From positions 22,568,001-22,632,000 of the forward strand of contig JBHGNT010000005.1 in the NCBI GenBank assembly GCA_043228905.1: a DNA stretch of 64,000 nt, given 5' to 3'. This document shows, piece after piece, positions 47,389 to 60,500 of the stretch (within the stretch, counting starts at the first letter, position 1; the number at the start of each line of letters is the position of its first letter). A program made the position numbers and the translations under genes. The notes under the pieces were generated by a model. That model was not told the DNA's origin and made no database searches. It saw only the letters and a list, made by a program, of their open reading frames with translations. Source of the DNA: Azolla caroliniana. Lineage: Eukaryota > Plantae > Polypodiophyta.

Positions 47389-50300
47389 CGGAAGAGATTC
47401 ATGCGGATCAATCATTTTCCAAAGTGATCCGGTGAGTGGCTGAGGAGTCACTCTGTTTGCAACAAGATTTCCACCCCGACGAAGGAAGCAGCTTAAGTAG
47501 TCTTCGGGAAGCGGAATCCCTTCTGCAAGCATTAGCTGTAGGAGAAGGCGATTGAGAACTGTTTTCGGCCTTTGAATCGGACTCGGACGGTGAATATAGC
47601 GCTCATTCCAATTACCGTAGTAGTCACGACACCCCAGACAGACCGGCGGACGAGGAATCAGATACCTTACCGACACCTAAACTAGAATTGACAGAGCTGG
47701 AAACCACAGACCGGCCAAGGTCTGAGCAACCCCCGACACCCGAAGCAAAGGAGGAAAGACCTCCCACAGAGGAAGCAAGACCTCCCACAGAGGAAGAAAG
47801 ACCTCCGACGGAGGCGGAGGAAAGACCTCTGACACCACCAGCCCGCGTTCCAACACCTGATGACGACATGCCGTTTCAATATCCCAAGTACCGGGATTAT
47901 CCGGATGCAGAGGCCCACGTCTATGCATTTCAGCAGACCTAGGAAGCGAATCATGTGTCACAACACTTAACCGCGTCCGAAGCAGAACGCTCAAAGATGG
48001 CGGAGTTCGGCTCGACCCTGGAAGGGCCCGCCGCCAGATGGTGCATGACGCAAGATCCCAGCACCATCACGATGTTTGAGGCATTGGAAACTAAATTCTT
48101 ACACTGTTTTCACAAAGACGTGGATCAACGGGAAATGGTCGGCCTATTTTATACCATCCGGCAGGAGCCCACGGAGAACATTCAACAATTTGTAATCCAA
48201 TTCCAGAGAATGCACAGCCAACTCAGTCGGGTACCACCGGAGGAAGAGACTAAGGCGATATTCCTAGTAGCACTCCGAGAACCCCTACGAACGGTGTGCA
48301 TAGTCATTGATTTCCGCACGAGTTCCGTCGACCAAGTCATAGACCGAGTCAGGGAAATGGAAAAATCCAGCTCATGGTTGACGATGGGGGCACTCCAACG
48401 AGCGTTACCAACCAATGAAGACCTCCGATTTCGACAAGCAATTCAATGTACGACTTGCCTGAATGCCGAACACTCGGCACTGGACTACACCGTGCGTTCT
48501 CCATGCCTGCTTTGTCATTCCAGAAATCACACAATGGATTGGTGCGAGTATAACCTGTTGAATCGATAAGCGCCACCAGTCCGGCAAATCGAACCACGGA
48601 GCAACCAGGAGGAGGAAGAAGAGCGCTGGCGGCGAGAGGAGTGTTACCGGCCGACACAAGATGTCTGGTACAGTGATCAAAGAGACGCTTATGACCGCGA
48701 CCGGTATGATAGATATGATAGATATCGGGACTATAACGGGGAACGGAATGAGCGATACAACCAGGATCACTCCCCCGGTTACAACCCACGAAGGGAGGAC
48801 TATGGCAAGTATGACGACCGGCCCCAACAGGGTTACCGGAACAAAAAGCATTTCAACAAAACACGGCATCATCAATGGGAGCTGGAAAAGGGTACACCAA
48901 GTACCCAACCGAACCAAGGCCAAGCACTTACAACAGGACCTCAACCGGGTGCCGGAGCGAAAGCAGAATCCAGCAACACCCAGAAGGCTTACTGCTATTA
49001 TTGCCGACAAGAGGGACACTACAATAACCAATGTCCGGCGAAAAGCTACGATAAGCGACCAGCGGTAAACATGGTGGTAGCGGAAGTCGCGGACATACAA
49101 CAAGTGACCACAAGGTCAAAAAGAAAAGCAACGGAGTGGGAAACCCAAGAAGCCATCCGGAAGCAGGCCACAAAATGGGTAAAGAAGGCAAATGAGCGGA
49201 ATGTGGCAGAACTGGAACAACTAAAGAGAATCTAGAGGAGCCCACCGGCAATAGCCAGGCGGAAAACCCAACATGGAAGGTGTTGCAAGAATGCCAAATC
49301 ACGCTACCATTAGGTCGGCTATTGCAGTTAGTACCTCGGTTTACGGAAGGACTGAAGACGGGAATGATTGCGGTCGACACGCCACCGGCTCCGAAGTTAT
49401 TTTCTAATCCGGAGGAAGGACCGACGATAGTGGACACGAGCTATCCAGCTATCACAGCCATCATCAAGGGACGAGAGCTACCCGGAATGATTATAGACAG
49501 AGGATCCGGCGTGAACGTGATTAGCCTCCGAACTTGTAATACCCTAGGAATCCAGGACTGGGAGTTGTGCCCATTTTGGCTCTAGATGGCGAACACAAGT
49601 TCAGTGAGACCTACCGGATTGATACGAGATTTGGAAGTGACTATCAAAGGTCACGCATTCCGCATTTCGGTAGTAATCCTCCAGCTCAATGCACAAGGGG
49701 CATACCCACTGTTGCTGGGCTGCCCATGGCTAAAAACAACGCACATCAAGCAAAACTGGCAGAAAAACATAATTACTTTCCGGTGCGGCAAAGCGAAAGT
49801 ACGAGTACCTACACAACCACATTCGAGTACCGGCAAGGAGCTGACTCCACTACATGCAGAATGTGTCAACATGCTTGAAGGATTGGCTGATGAAGAGGTC
49901 GATCAGTACTTACAAGAGAATTCGAAAATTGTACCTTTATTTGAAATTGATGTCGCCGAAGCAGTGGCACCATATATAATGCAACCGGAGGATGCCGATG
50001 AAGAACCGGATAAAGAAGCCATCAGAGAGTTACAGGAAGCGCTGGAAGCGCTGGAAGCTTTGGAGAAGGAATTGGCAATATCTCAACGCGTAAAAGCCTC
50101 TCAGCTGGAAGAGGTAAACCTAGGCACCGCAGAAGACGCAAGACCGGTTCACATCGCCAAAGAAATGACTCCAAAAAGGAAGACGGCAATGATCACCTTA
50201 CTAAAGGAGTTTCGGGACGTATTCGCGTGGTCTTACGAGGACATGCAGGGGCTAGATCCTCAGTTGTATCAACACCAGATACATCTGAGTAAGGATGCCA

Positions 50301-50717
50301 AGCTGGTGGCGCAACCGCGTACCGGATGAACCCTAACTATGCAGAAAAAGTAAAGGACGAAATTGACAAATTGTTACGGGTAGGGTTCATCCGCCGGTCA
50401 AGAAGGCGACATGGCTGAGCCCGATAGTCGTCGTACCGAAAAAGAACGGAAAAATTAGGGTATGTGTCGACTACCGGAAGTTGAATGCGGCAACGATAAC
50501 CGACACCTTCCCACTCCCTTTTACTGATGGAGTCCTGGATGCAGTAGCCGGTCACGAAGTTTATAGTTTCCTGGACGGGTTCAACGGCTACAATCAGATA
50601 TGGATGCACCCCGACGACCAGGAGAAAACCACTTTTGTTACCAAATGGGGAGTAATTGTCGCTGTAGTCATGATGTTCGGACTTAAAAAGGCGCTGGCAA
50701 CCTTGCAGCGGATAATC

Positions 50718-50993
50718 TGTCGAGAACTGGACGTTCCCTATGTCCGACGCTCGGCCACAACCGAGATTCTTGTCATACACAGAAAAACAGGTAATGAAAC
50801 GTGACACAAAGGGGAGAAATGGTACACAGGAGGTTTACGTGGAAAACCCCAAAATAGGGGAAAAACCACGGCAACCCACAGGCTGCAAACTGTCACTATG
50901 TAGGAATATACAACAGTGAGTTCACTGAGGCAACGACCTCAGTGATCTCAGATCTTCGCCACAGGTGGCGGTTACAACAGAGGCAACGACCTC

Positions 50994-51028
<35 letters not shown>

Positions 51029-51357
51029 CAGTTACACGCTCTATCTTCTTCTTGCACCAACAAGGAAGAATGACAACAACAAAAAACGACACACACTAAA
51101 AGTTTGCCCTAAGTCATATTTATACTAATATGACTTATCGGCTATTTACAAATGTAGCCTCGATGGGCTCTCAGAAACATATTTACGAATATGTCTCTTC
51201 CTCCGGTTCATACCGGGCCTGCACCATCCGGCTCTCCGAAGTCGGGTACTCCCCATCCGGTTCATACCGATTCGGCCGAGGCCTATCAGCCTCGGCCGAG
51301 TTTGTTCGTCGGCACTGTTCTTCTCCCTTCCCATCCGGAGGGACCTGTCTCCCAACA
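50718..51357 (-). repeat. B1 3' LTR
   Basis: TGTCGAGAAC...CCCAACA. Confidence 0.95.
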
Positions 51358-51367
51358 AACTCCCCCT

Positions 51368-54300
51368 TCACTCCGGCATGGGGTGTCTTTCCAGCCCGAT
51401 CCTCTTCCGGCATGCGTCCAGCTTGTCGGGTGTCAACACTTTGGTCAGCATATCTGACCCGTTCTCGGCCGTGTGGATCTTCGTCAGTGCGAACTCCTGG
51501 TCATCTACCCTTTCCCGGATCCAGTGATACCTCCGTTGGATATGCTTCGTCCGGGAATGGTAGGCCGCATTCTTAGCAAGGTGGATGGCACTTTGACTGT
51601 CGCAGTAGAGTCGGTATTCCTCTTGCCGGATACCGAGCTCTCCGATGAAGTCCTTCATCCATAATATTTCCTTGCCGGCTTCTACAGCCGCCATGTACTC
51701 CGCCTCTGTGGTTGACAATGCAACCGTCTTCTGCAGCCTCGATTGCCACGAAACAGCTCCCCCTGCATATGTCATCACATACCCGGATGTAGACCGGCTG
51801 GTATCCACATCAGCCGACATGTCCGAATCGGTGAAACCGTCCAGTTGAGGTTTCCCGGAGCCGAATCGGAGACACATATTTGAAGTGCCCTTCAAATACC
51901 GGAGTATCCATTTGACCGCGTTCCAATGCTCCTTGCCGGGATTACTCATGAACCGGCTCACCACTCCGACTGCGTATCCAATGTCCGGTCAGGTACAAAC
52001 CATTGCGTACATCAAGCTCCCGACGGCAGAGGCATATGGAATCTTCATCATATCTGCCTTCTCTCCTTTTGTCTTCGGGCTTTGCTTGCCGGACAACTTG
52101 CAGTTTGCCGGAAGTGTCGATCCGACCGGTTTTGCATCTGACATGTTGAACCGGTGAAGTACCTTTGTCACATACTTCTCCTGTGACAGCCATAATTGCT
52201 TCACTGACCGGTCCCGAATGATGTGCATCCCCAACATCTGTCTTGCCGGACCCAAGTCTTTCATTGAGAAGGTCCAGTTGAGAGCCTTCTTCAGCATCCG
52301 TATTTTGCCTTGGTCTCGTCCGACGATCAACATGTCATCCACGTACAAGAGAAGTATCAGGAAGTCCCCTTCTTCGAACTTCTTCACGAACACGCAGTGA
52401 TCGGCCTGCGTCTTATGGTACCCTTGATCGGTCATGAAGGAGTCGAACTTCCGGTACCATTGCCGGGGAGCCTGCTTCAGTCCGTATAGGCTCTTCTTCA
52501 ATCAGCATACCAGGTGCTCCTTCCCTTTCTCCACAAATCCTTCCGGTTGCTGCATGTAGATTTCCTCTTCGAGGTCGCCGTGAAGGAATGTCGTCTTCAC
52601 GTCCAGCTGCTCTACCTTGAGATCCATGCTTGCTGCTATACTCAGCACCGTCCGGATGGAGGTCATCTTCACTACCGGGGCGAATATTTCGTCGAAGTCC
52701 ACACCCTTCTTCTGCTGGAACCCCTTCACCACGATCCTGGCTTTGTATCTCGGGGGGTTGCCGGCATCTCCCGGTTTCAACTTGAACACCCACTTGTTTC
52801 GGAGTGCCCGCTTTCCTTTCGGCAGCTCCACCAATTCGTACGTATGGTTCTCATGCAGGGAATCCATCTCATCCTGCATGGCACTTAACCATTTTCGGTT
52901 GTGGGTGTCTTCCTTCGCTTCTTCGAAGCTTTCCGGCTCCCCCTCATCGGTCAGCAGAACATGCTCTGCATCCGGAAATCTCCGGGGCGCCCTTCTCTCT
53001 CTGAGAGGATATCTACGTCTTCGGGCTTCGGTAACCGGTTCCTCCATTTGCTCTTCATCCGAATCCGATTCGGGGTCTTGACCAGTTCCGGTCTCAGCTT
53101 CCTCTACTTCTTCTTCTGCCGGTTCGGTATCCTCACCATAACCGGTTGGTTCCTCGAGTGCTAACCGGTCTCTTGCCGGTTGGGTCTGTTCATTGTAGAG
53201 TCTATCCTTACCGGTCGACTCGGAGTTCATTATCTTCTTCTCCGACTCCCAGTCGGCGAGCGTCTTGTCCTCCATGAAGATAATATCTCGACTCCGGAAT
53301 ACCTTCTTGTCGACCGGGTCCCACACTCGGTAGCCGAACTCATCATCACCGTAACCGAGGAATATGCATGGCCGGGTCTTTGGATCTAACTTTCCTCTCC
53401 GGTCCTTTGCTACATGCACGTACGCGAGACACCCGAACACCCTCAGATGCCGGTAGGACACTTCCTTACCGGTCCATACTCTCTGTGGCGTGTCTCCGTC
53501 CAAGGGTACTGAGGGTGATCTGTTTATCACATATGTCGCCGTCGACAATGCCTCAGCCCAAAACTTCATGGGTAGTTTTGCATGCGCTAGCATACTCCGG
53601 ACCCTCTCCATTATGGTCCGGTTCATCCTCTCGGCCAGTCCGTTTAGTTCCAGCGTCTTCGGCACGGTAAATTCGAGCCGGATTCCCTTCGAGCGACAAT
53701 ACTCCTCGAACTGCCCCCGGTACTCTCCTCCGTTATCTGCTCGAACCGCCTTCAGCTTCCGGCCGGTTTCTCTTTCCACTCTCGCGTGGACCTCTTTGAA
53801 GACTGATAACACCTGATCCTTCGTCTTCAGCGGTGTGGCCCACAGCTTCCGGCTGTGGTCATCTATGAACGTCACGAAGTACTGCGCTCCGGCATTTGAC
53901 TTCGTCTCTACTTGACAAACATCTGTATGCACCAACTCCAGTGGTGCATTACGTCTCATCGGTGGCCTTGGTCTGAAGGAGGTCCGGTTCTGCTTACCGG
54001 CCAGACAATCAGTGCACTTCTCTAAGTGCACGTTCTTCACTGGAATGAGGTTGTCGTCTCCAAGCCTCTTCATCCCCTTCTCACTCATGTGACATAGCCT
54101 CTTGTGCCACAGCTCACCGGCAGTGTCGGAAGCCACGTTCACTTCTTCCGGACATAACCGGGCATTCATCAGGTACAGTGTGTTTACCTTCCGGGCCCGA
54201 GCCACAATCAGGCTCCCTTTGCTGAACTTCATGACACCGTTCCGGATGATACCCGTGTAGCCTTCATCATCTAGCCGACCGGCTGATATCAGGTTCAGAC

Positions 54301-55414
54301 GAACTTCCGGAACGTGTCAGACATCCTTCAACAGCAACTTGCATCCGGTTGGTGTTGTCAGCCACACGTCTCCTATGCCGACAATTCGGCATGTTCCTTC
54401 ATTCCCCATCCGGACACAGCCTAGATCACCGGCTGAGTAGGATGAGAAGCATTTCCGGTCCGGGGTAAGGTGGAACGACGCTCCGGAGTCTACCACCCAG
54501 GTCATCTCGTCGCCGGCATGGTTTATCTCACTCTCCTCGGTGATGAGCATCAACTCCTCTTCACTTGCCGCAATTGCCGTCGTTCCCTTCCGGCCCGGCC
54601 CCCTCCGGTCTTTACCGTTCCGGTTCGGGGTTTGCTTCGAATCGGTACCGTCGGTTTCCTTGTCTTTACGGAAATGCCGACAGTTCTTTTGGAAGTGTCC
54701 CGGCTTGCCGCAATAGAAGCAAGTAGGCCCCCCCCTTGACTTTGACCGTGTCCCCGACTTCTCCCGGTTCTGGGGACTACGGTTTCTATGTCTTCCGCGT
54801 TCCGATTTGGTAAGGAGCGCTTTGGAGTCGAAGCTCGTATCTTTGTCTTTCCGACGAGCCTCCTCATCTAGCAAGCTCGACTTTACTCTTGCTAGGGATA
54901 ACCGTTTTCCTTCCGGCCCGGCGTTGCCCAAAGTGACAACCAACGTCTCCCAGCTATCCGGGAGGGAACCGAGCAGGAGTAGCGCTAGGACCTCATCGGC
55001 AAGAGGTACTTCCAATGATGTTGCCTGGTGGATCAGCCCCTGGAAGGCATTCATATGCTCCGCCATGCTGGAGCCATCTTGGTACCGGAGTCTTACTAGC
55101 TTCCGGAATACCGACACCTGATTGACAGCATTTTTGTTCTGGAACATTATGCCGATCTTCTCCCAGAGCTCATGAGCCTTTCTCTCTTCATTGAAGTTGT
55201 TGTACAGGCTCATGTCGATGAAGCACTGTATGTACGCCGTTGTCTTCATGTGCATCACCTCCCATATCGCGGCGTCGATTTTGTCCGGTCTCTTGTCCCC
55301 GAACTGAACCGGCAGCCAGAGGTCTTTAACCACGAGCATGTCCCTCATCTTCGACTTCCACACTAGATAGTTGGAGCCGGTGAGCTTGAACATGCCGCCA
55401 AACGATTCGTCCAT
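51368..55414 (-). pseudogene. B1 gag-pol (~1348 codons, three in-frame TGA stops)
   Basis: Four ORF pieces in one frame; CFYCGKPGHFQKNC, WVVDSGASFH, RADNGGEY, YVDDML, ALSTTEAEY. Confidence 0.95.
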
Positions 55415-55444
55415 TTTCTGTGTCGATTTCGCTCTGATACCACT

Positions 55445-56076
55445 TGTTGAGAACTGGACGTTCCCTATGTCCGACGCTCGGCCACAACCGAGATTCTTGT
55501 CATACACAGAAAAACAGGTAATGAAACGCGACACAAAGGGGAGAAATGGTACACAGGAGGTTTATGTGGAAAACCCCAAAATAGGGGAAAAACCACGGCA
55601 ACCCACAGGCTGCAAACTGTCACTATGTAGGAATATACAACAGTGAGTTCACTGAGGCAACGACCTCAGTGATCTCAGATCTTCGCCACAGGCGGCGGTT
55701 ACAACAGAGGCAACGACCTCGTCTCTCTCTCTCTCTCTCTCTCTGTACAGTTACACGCTCTATCTTCTTCTTGCACCAACAAGGAAGAATGACAACAACA
55801 AAAAACGACACACACTAAAAGTTTGCCCTAAGTCATATTTATACTAATATGACTTATCGGCTATTTACAAATGTAGCCTCGATGGGCTCTCAGAAACATA
55901 TTTACGAATATGTCTCTTCCTCCGGTTCATACCGGGCCTGCACCATCCGGCTCTCCGAAGTCGGGTACTCCCCATCCGGTTCATACCGATTCGGCCGAGG
56001 CCTATCAGCCTCGACCGAGTTTGTTCGTCGGCACTGTTCTTCTCCCTTCCCATCCGGAGGGACCTGTCTCCCAACA
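55445..56076 (-). repeat. B1 5' LTR
   Basis: Direct repeat of 50718-51357. Confidence 0.95.
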
Positions 56077-57159
56077 TAATCATGGAGATTTTCGGAGAAT
56101 TTATTCCAGCATTCATGTAGGTGTTTGTAGACGATTTCGTTGTGTACAGCTGGGAAGGGGAACACCTCCGACTATGTCTTGAGAAATGTAGGGTTTACCG
56201 GTTAAGCCTTAACCCAGTGAAATGTGTGTTCGGAGTGTCAAGCGGTACATTACTAGGCCACATCGTTAGCGAGGACGGTATCGCAGTAGACCCGGACAAG
56301 GTCAAAGCAATTTTGGAGGCACTGGCACCCACCACGACGAAAGCATTGAGTCGGTTCCTAGGACAAATCCGATGGCATAGCCGGATGCTCTAGTATCTAG
56401 CAGACCTAGCCACACCATTGCATGTTGCGGTGCACCAGACGCCATTTCAATGGATGGACCTAGAAGAGAAGGCTTACCGAGCATTAAAAGTACTACTATC
56501 ACAAGCACCGGTGGTGCAACCTCCAGATTGGTCTAAAGAATTCCATGTATTCGTAGACTTATCTGACATAGCAATTGGGAGAGCATTAATGCAACTTACC
56601 GAACCGAAGTGGTACCGGCCCGTGTATTATGCCAACCGGAAGCTGTCCCAGGCTGAACGTAATTACTCAACGACGGAAAGAGAAGCCTTGGGCATGATCT
56701 ACAGCGTCACCAAGTTCCGACACTATCTATTGGGGAGGAAATTTTCCTTTCATGTAGACCATTCGGCGCTACTTTACTTGGTCTCAAAAGCATCACTCAT
56801 GGGTAAGCTGGCCCATTGGACATTATTATTACAGGAATTTGAGTTTGAGATATTTCACCGGCCAGGCATACAACATGCGGTTCCAAATTATTTGAGCCGG
56901 TAAGACTACCGGTGACGGAGTCCCAAACGAGTTTCCGGATGCAGAGTTGTTTAGGGTCATAGTAGAAACGGAAACAGATGGTACGGTCGCCGAGGAGGAC
57001 AAGTGGCTCACTAACATGCACCAATTCCTGAGCACCGGATTACCTCCAGAGGAGATGAACAGAGACGGGCATAAACGATTAGCAGTACAAAGCCGACACT
57101 TCTGCCTACCGCAGGACACACTATACCATAAAGGCGCGGATGGCATATGGCGACACGTG

Positions 57160-57375
57160 TATTAGGAAACAGGTCCCTCCAGATAGGAAGTGAGAAGAAC
57201 AGTACTAATGAGCAAACTGGGCCGAGGCCGATAGGCCGAGACCGACACCGGATGAGGAATACCTAGCCACGGAAGACCCGGTTAGAACCGGATGACGAGT
57301 ACCCGGCTACGGAGAGCCGAATGGTGCAGACCCGGTGCGAACCGGATGAGGACTACCCGGAAATGGAAAACCCGG
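57160..57375 (+). repeat. Copia B2 5' LTR, first part
   Basis: TATTAGGAAACAGGTCCCTCCAGATAGG is a G-to-A-degenerate version of the B LTR start TGTTGGGAGACAGGTCCCTCCGGATGGG. Confidence 0.8.
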
Positions 57376-57478
57376 AGTAGGGAATGAACAAGGCCGTCAG
57401 TGCGGAAGAGATCACACAGTATGAACCTGTGAGGAAGAAATACATGCGTATGAGAGAGGCAAGAACAAATTACGTACA

Positions 57479-57520
<42 letters not shown>

Positions 57521-60500
57521 CAAAGAATATATCTATATTCATAAAGGGGCAACCGTTACAACAATGAAAAACCAACCTTTACAAAAGGTTACAAAGTCAC
57601 TTTATGTAGTGACTCACTTAGGGCAACTGCCCTTTATGTTATTTACAGAAATAGCCCGAACTTGGGCTCTTTAAGAGGATAGTGTGAATACGTCCATTAT
57701 ACATTTGTATTCGACACTCCCCCATAATGGGCGTATACATGGGTTATCTAAAGAAATACGGATATAGGCATAGGTTCTCGGACAGGTCCGTTTTGTTTGA
57801 ATCGGCATGATCCGTAGACAGAAGACCGAACTGGTCGGGTCGGAAAAGCTGAAGCAGATCGTCTGTGAACCGATGTCGGTTGTCCGAAACCGTCCTGCAC
57901 TATGTCCGGCTTCAACCGGACCGATATGTTGTTACGCCCATCTGTTGCCGAAGAGACCGGAACCGGTCTGCCGAAAAACACTTGGTCATTCCATCTACGA
58001 CATTATCGGTTGTAGATATCTTCTCTATACCGATTTTCCCGGAAATGACGCAGTTCCGAACAAAGTGATATCGAACTTCAATATGCTTGGAGGCGTTGTG
58101 ATGAACCGGATTTTTCGACAAAGCAACGGCACTCTGACTGTCGTTGAAGACAATTGGAACCGAGTCGGAGTCGACTTGCCGAAACGTGTGCGCCAGCCGA
58201 CCGAGCCATAAAGCTTCTTTCGTTGAGTCCGAGGCAGCTACATATTCTGCTTCGGTCGTTGAAGTGGTTGTGCACTCCTGAAGTTTTGACTTCCACGAGA
58301 TTGCTCCATTGCCGAATTTAAAGCAGTATCTGGTTGTTGACTTGCGACTGTCCACACAACCGGCGAAGTCCGAGTCGGTGTAACCGACTACGCCTGAAGT
58401 TGAGTTCGCACCGAAAAGGATGTCGTGGTCTTTTGTGCTAGCTAAATATCTGAACACATGCTTGACTGCGTTCTAGTGCGATCGGCCGGGATTGTGCATA
58501 AATCTGTTGATGTCTCCTACGGCGTGAGAGATATCAGGTCGTGTCGCGACCATCGCGTACATTAGAGAGCCTACTGCCGGTGCATACGGTACCAACTTCA
58601 TATCTTCCCCCTCCGGACCGGATGTCGGGCAGTCTCGCTGACGAAGCCGAAGATGAATGGGGAGCGGGGTCGAAGCAGACTTGACCAATTGCATGTTCAA
58701 GCATTCCAAGACACGTCCGATGTAGTCGGTTTAAGACAGAAAAAGTTGTCTTTTGGCGCGATTCCGACTAATCTTCATTCCGAGTATGTGTCTTGCCGGA
58801 CCGAGGTCCTTCATGGCAAACTTCAATCGCAGTTTCCAAACGAGTTCAATGAGCTCTCCGGTATGCCGACCGGAGAGTAGCATGTCGTCCACGTAGAGTA
58901 TGAGGAAGACGGGAGAACCGTCTTGAGCGGTTTTGGTGAAGAGGCAGTGGTCCTCATCGCTCTTGGAGAAGCCGACCGACTGGATGAAATCGTCGAACTT
59001 CTTGTACCACTATCGGGGTGCCTGTTTCAGGCCGTAAAGACTCTTCCTGAGTCGGCAGACTAGATGTTCCTGACCGGTAGCCACAAAACCTTTCAGCTGC
59101 TCCATGTAGATTTCCTCCTTTAGATCACCGTGGAGGAATGTTGTTTTCACATCTAGCTAAATCAGCTCCAAATTGTCGGCAGCCACAACACCGAGCATGA
59201 AACGAAGGGTGGTCATTTTCACCACTGGTGAAAAGATTTCGTCGAAGTCGACGCCATATTCCTATCGAAATCCCGTAGCAACCAATCTGGCCTTGTACTT
59301 TGGGGTGGTCGAGTCGGACGTCTCCTTTAGTCTTTAGACCCACTTGCAAGGAAGAGCACGTCGATTCTTCGGTAAGTCGACCAAATCCCAAGTCATGTTG
59401 GCGCGGATGGAGTGCATTTCCGACTCCATTGCCAGATGCCAGGTGGTTGAATCGGCAACTACCGATGCTTCTTCGTAGGACGTCGGTTCGCCGGCGTCGG
59501 TGAAGAAAATTCCGGGAGAGTACCTCTCCGGAGGTTGCGACAGTCTCTCGAATCTTCGAGGTATGATTGGACTGGTCACACCGGGTGTCGATGTCGGATG
59601 GTCGGAAGCCGAGCCATTCGGCTGTGCCGAATCTATGGATTCGGTGCAAGAGAAGTCGGTTACCCGTGAAACCAATCTCACGTTGTGTGTTGGGTCGTCA
59701 TGAAGGGTTGGCACTTCGGAAAATATTACCCTTCGGACTTCAATAGGCCTTTCGGCCGTTTTGTGCATAGTCGACTCGTTGAACACGACGTCCGAACATC
59801 AGACGATTTGCCTGTGCTCGGGGTCCCAGAGTAGGTATCCGATCTCGCCGTCGGGTCCATACTCGACAAAATCGCATTTCCTTGATCTCGGTTCGAGTTT
59901 TCGGCGGTCTTCTTTCGGTATGAGGGTGTATGCCTCGCAACCGAAAATCCTTAGCTTATCATAATTCGGCTTTCTGCCGGTCCATATTTCCTGAGGTATC
60001 TTAAGTCCTAGAGGTCTACTTGGCGACATATTGATTATGTGTACTGCCGTGAGTAGAGCCTCTTCCCAGAAACCATCCGACAGTCCGGAATGTTGGATCA
60101 TGGATACAACGCATTCTTGAATCGTTCGATTCATGCGTTCTGCGATTTCGTTCTGCTGCGGACTATATGGTGTCGTATATTCACGTCTAATGTCGCGTTC
60201 TTGGCAAAATTTGACGAATTCATCAGATTTGAACTCACCGCCATTGTCGGTTCGGAGACACTTCAGTTTCCGACCGGTCTGGTTTTCGACCATTGTGAGC
60301 CAATCTGAGAAGATCGAGAACACCCGATCTTTGGTTCTGATGGGGTAAGCCCACACCTTCCGAGTTGAGTCGTCAATGAAATTGACGAAGTACGAGGCAC
60401 CACCCAGTGACTGATGTGGCATCAGGCCACAGACGTCTGAGTGGACCAAATCAAGCGAGCTCAACTCTCTTGGTGCTGATGTCGGGTGTGATGCGGCTAC

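Larger units (their letters stand above)
50718..56076 (-). mobile_element. Copia B1, full length (Tnt1-like)
   Basis: LTRs at 50718-51357 and 55445-56076 (~5 substitutions plus a CT-repeat length difference); TSD TAATC; PBS-Met at 55431-55442; PPT GGAGTGAAGGGGGAG next to the 3' LTR. Confidence 0.97.
47389..57159 (+). mobile_element. Gypsy G3 (G2 family), 5'-truncated and degenerate; interrupted by B1 and B2
   Basis: Gag, protease, RT and RNase H are colinear with G2 (DDDMPFQY.KYRD, EFRDVFAWSYEDM, LYHKGADGIWR); RT resumes at 56077 after B1. Confidence 0.9.

Noticed and set aside
47755-47830. Short tandem repeats encoding EERPPTE in G3 gag
   Set aside because: Ordinary low-complexity Gag linker; G2 has an analogous EPE repeat.
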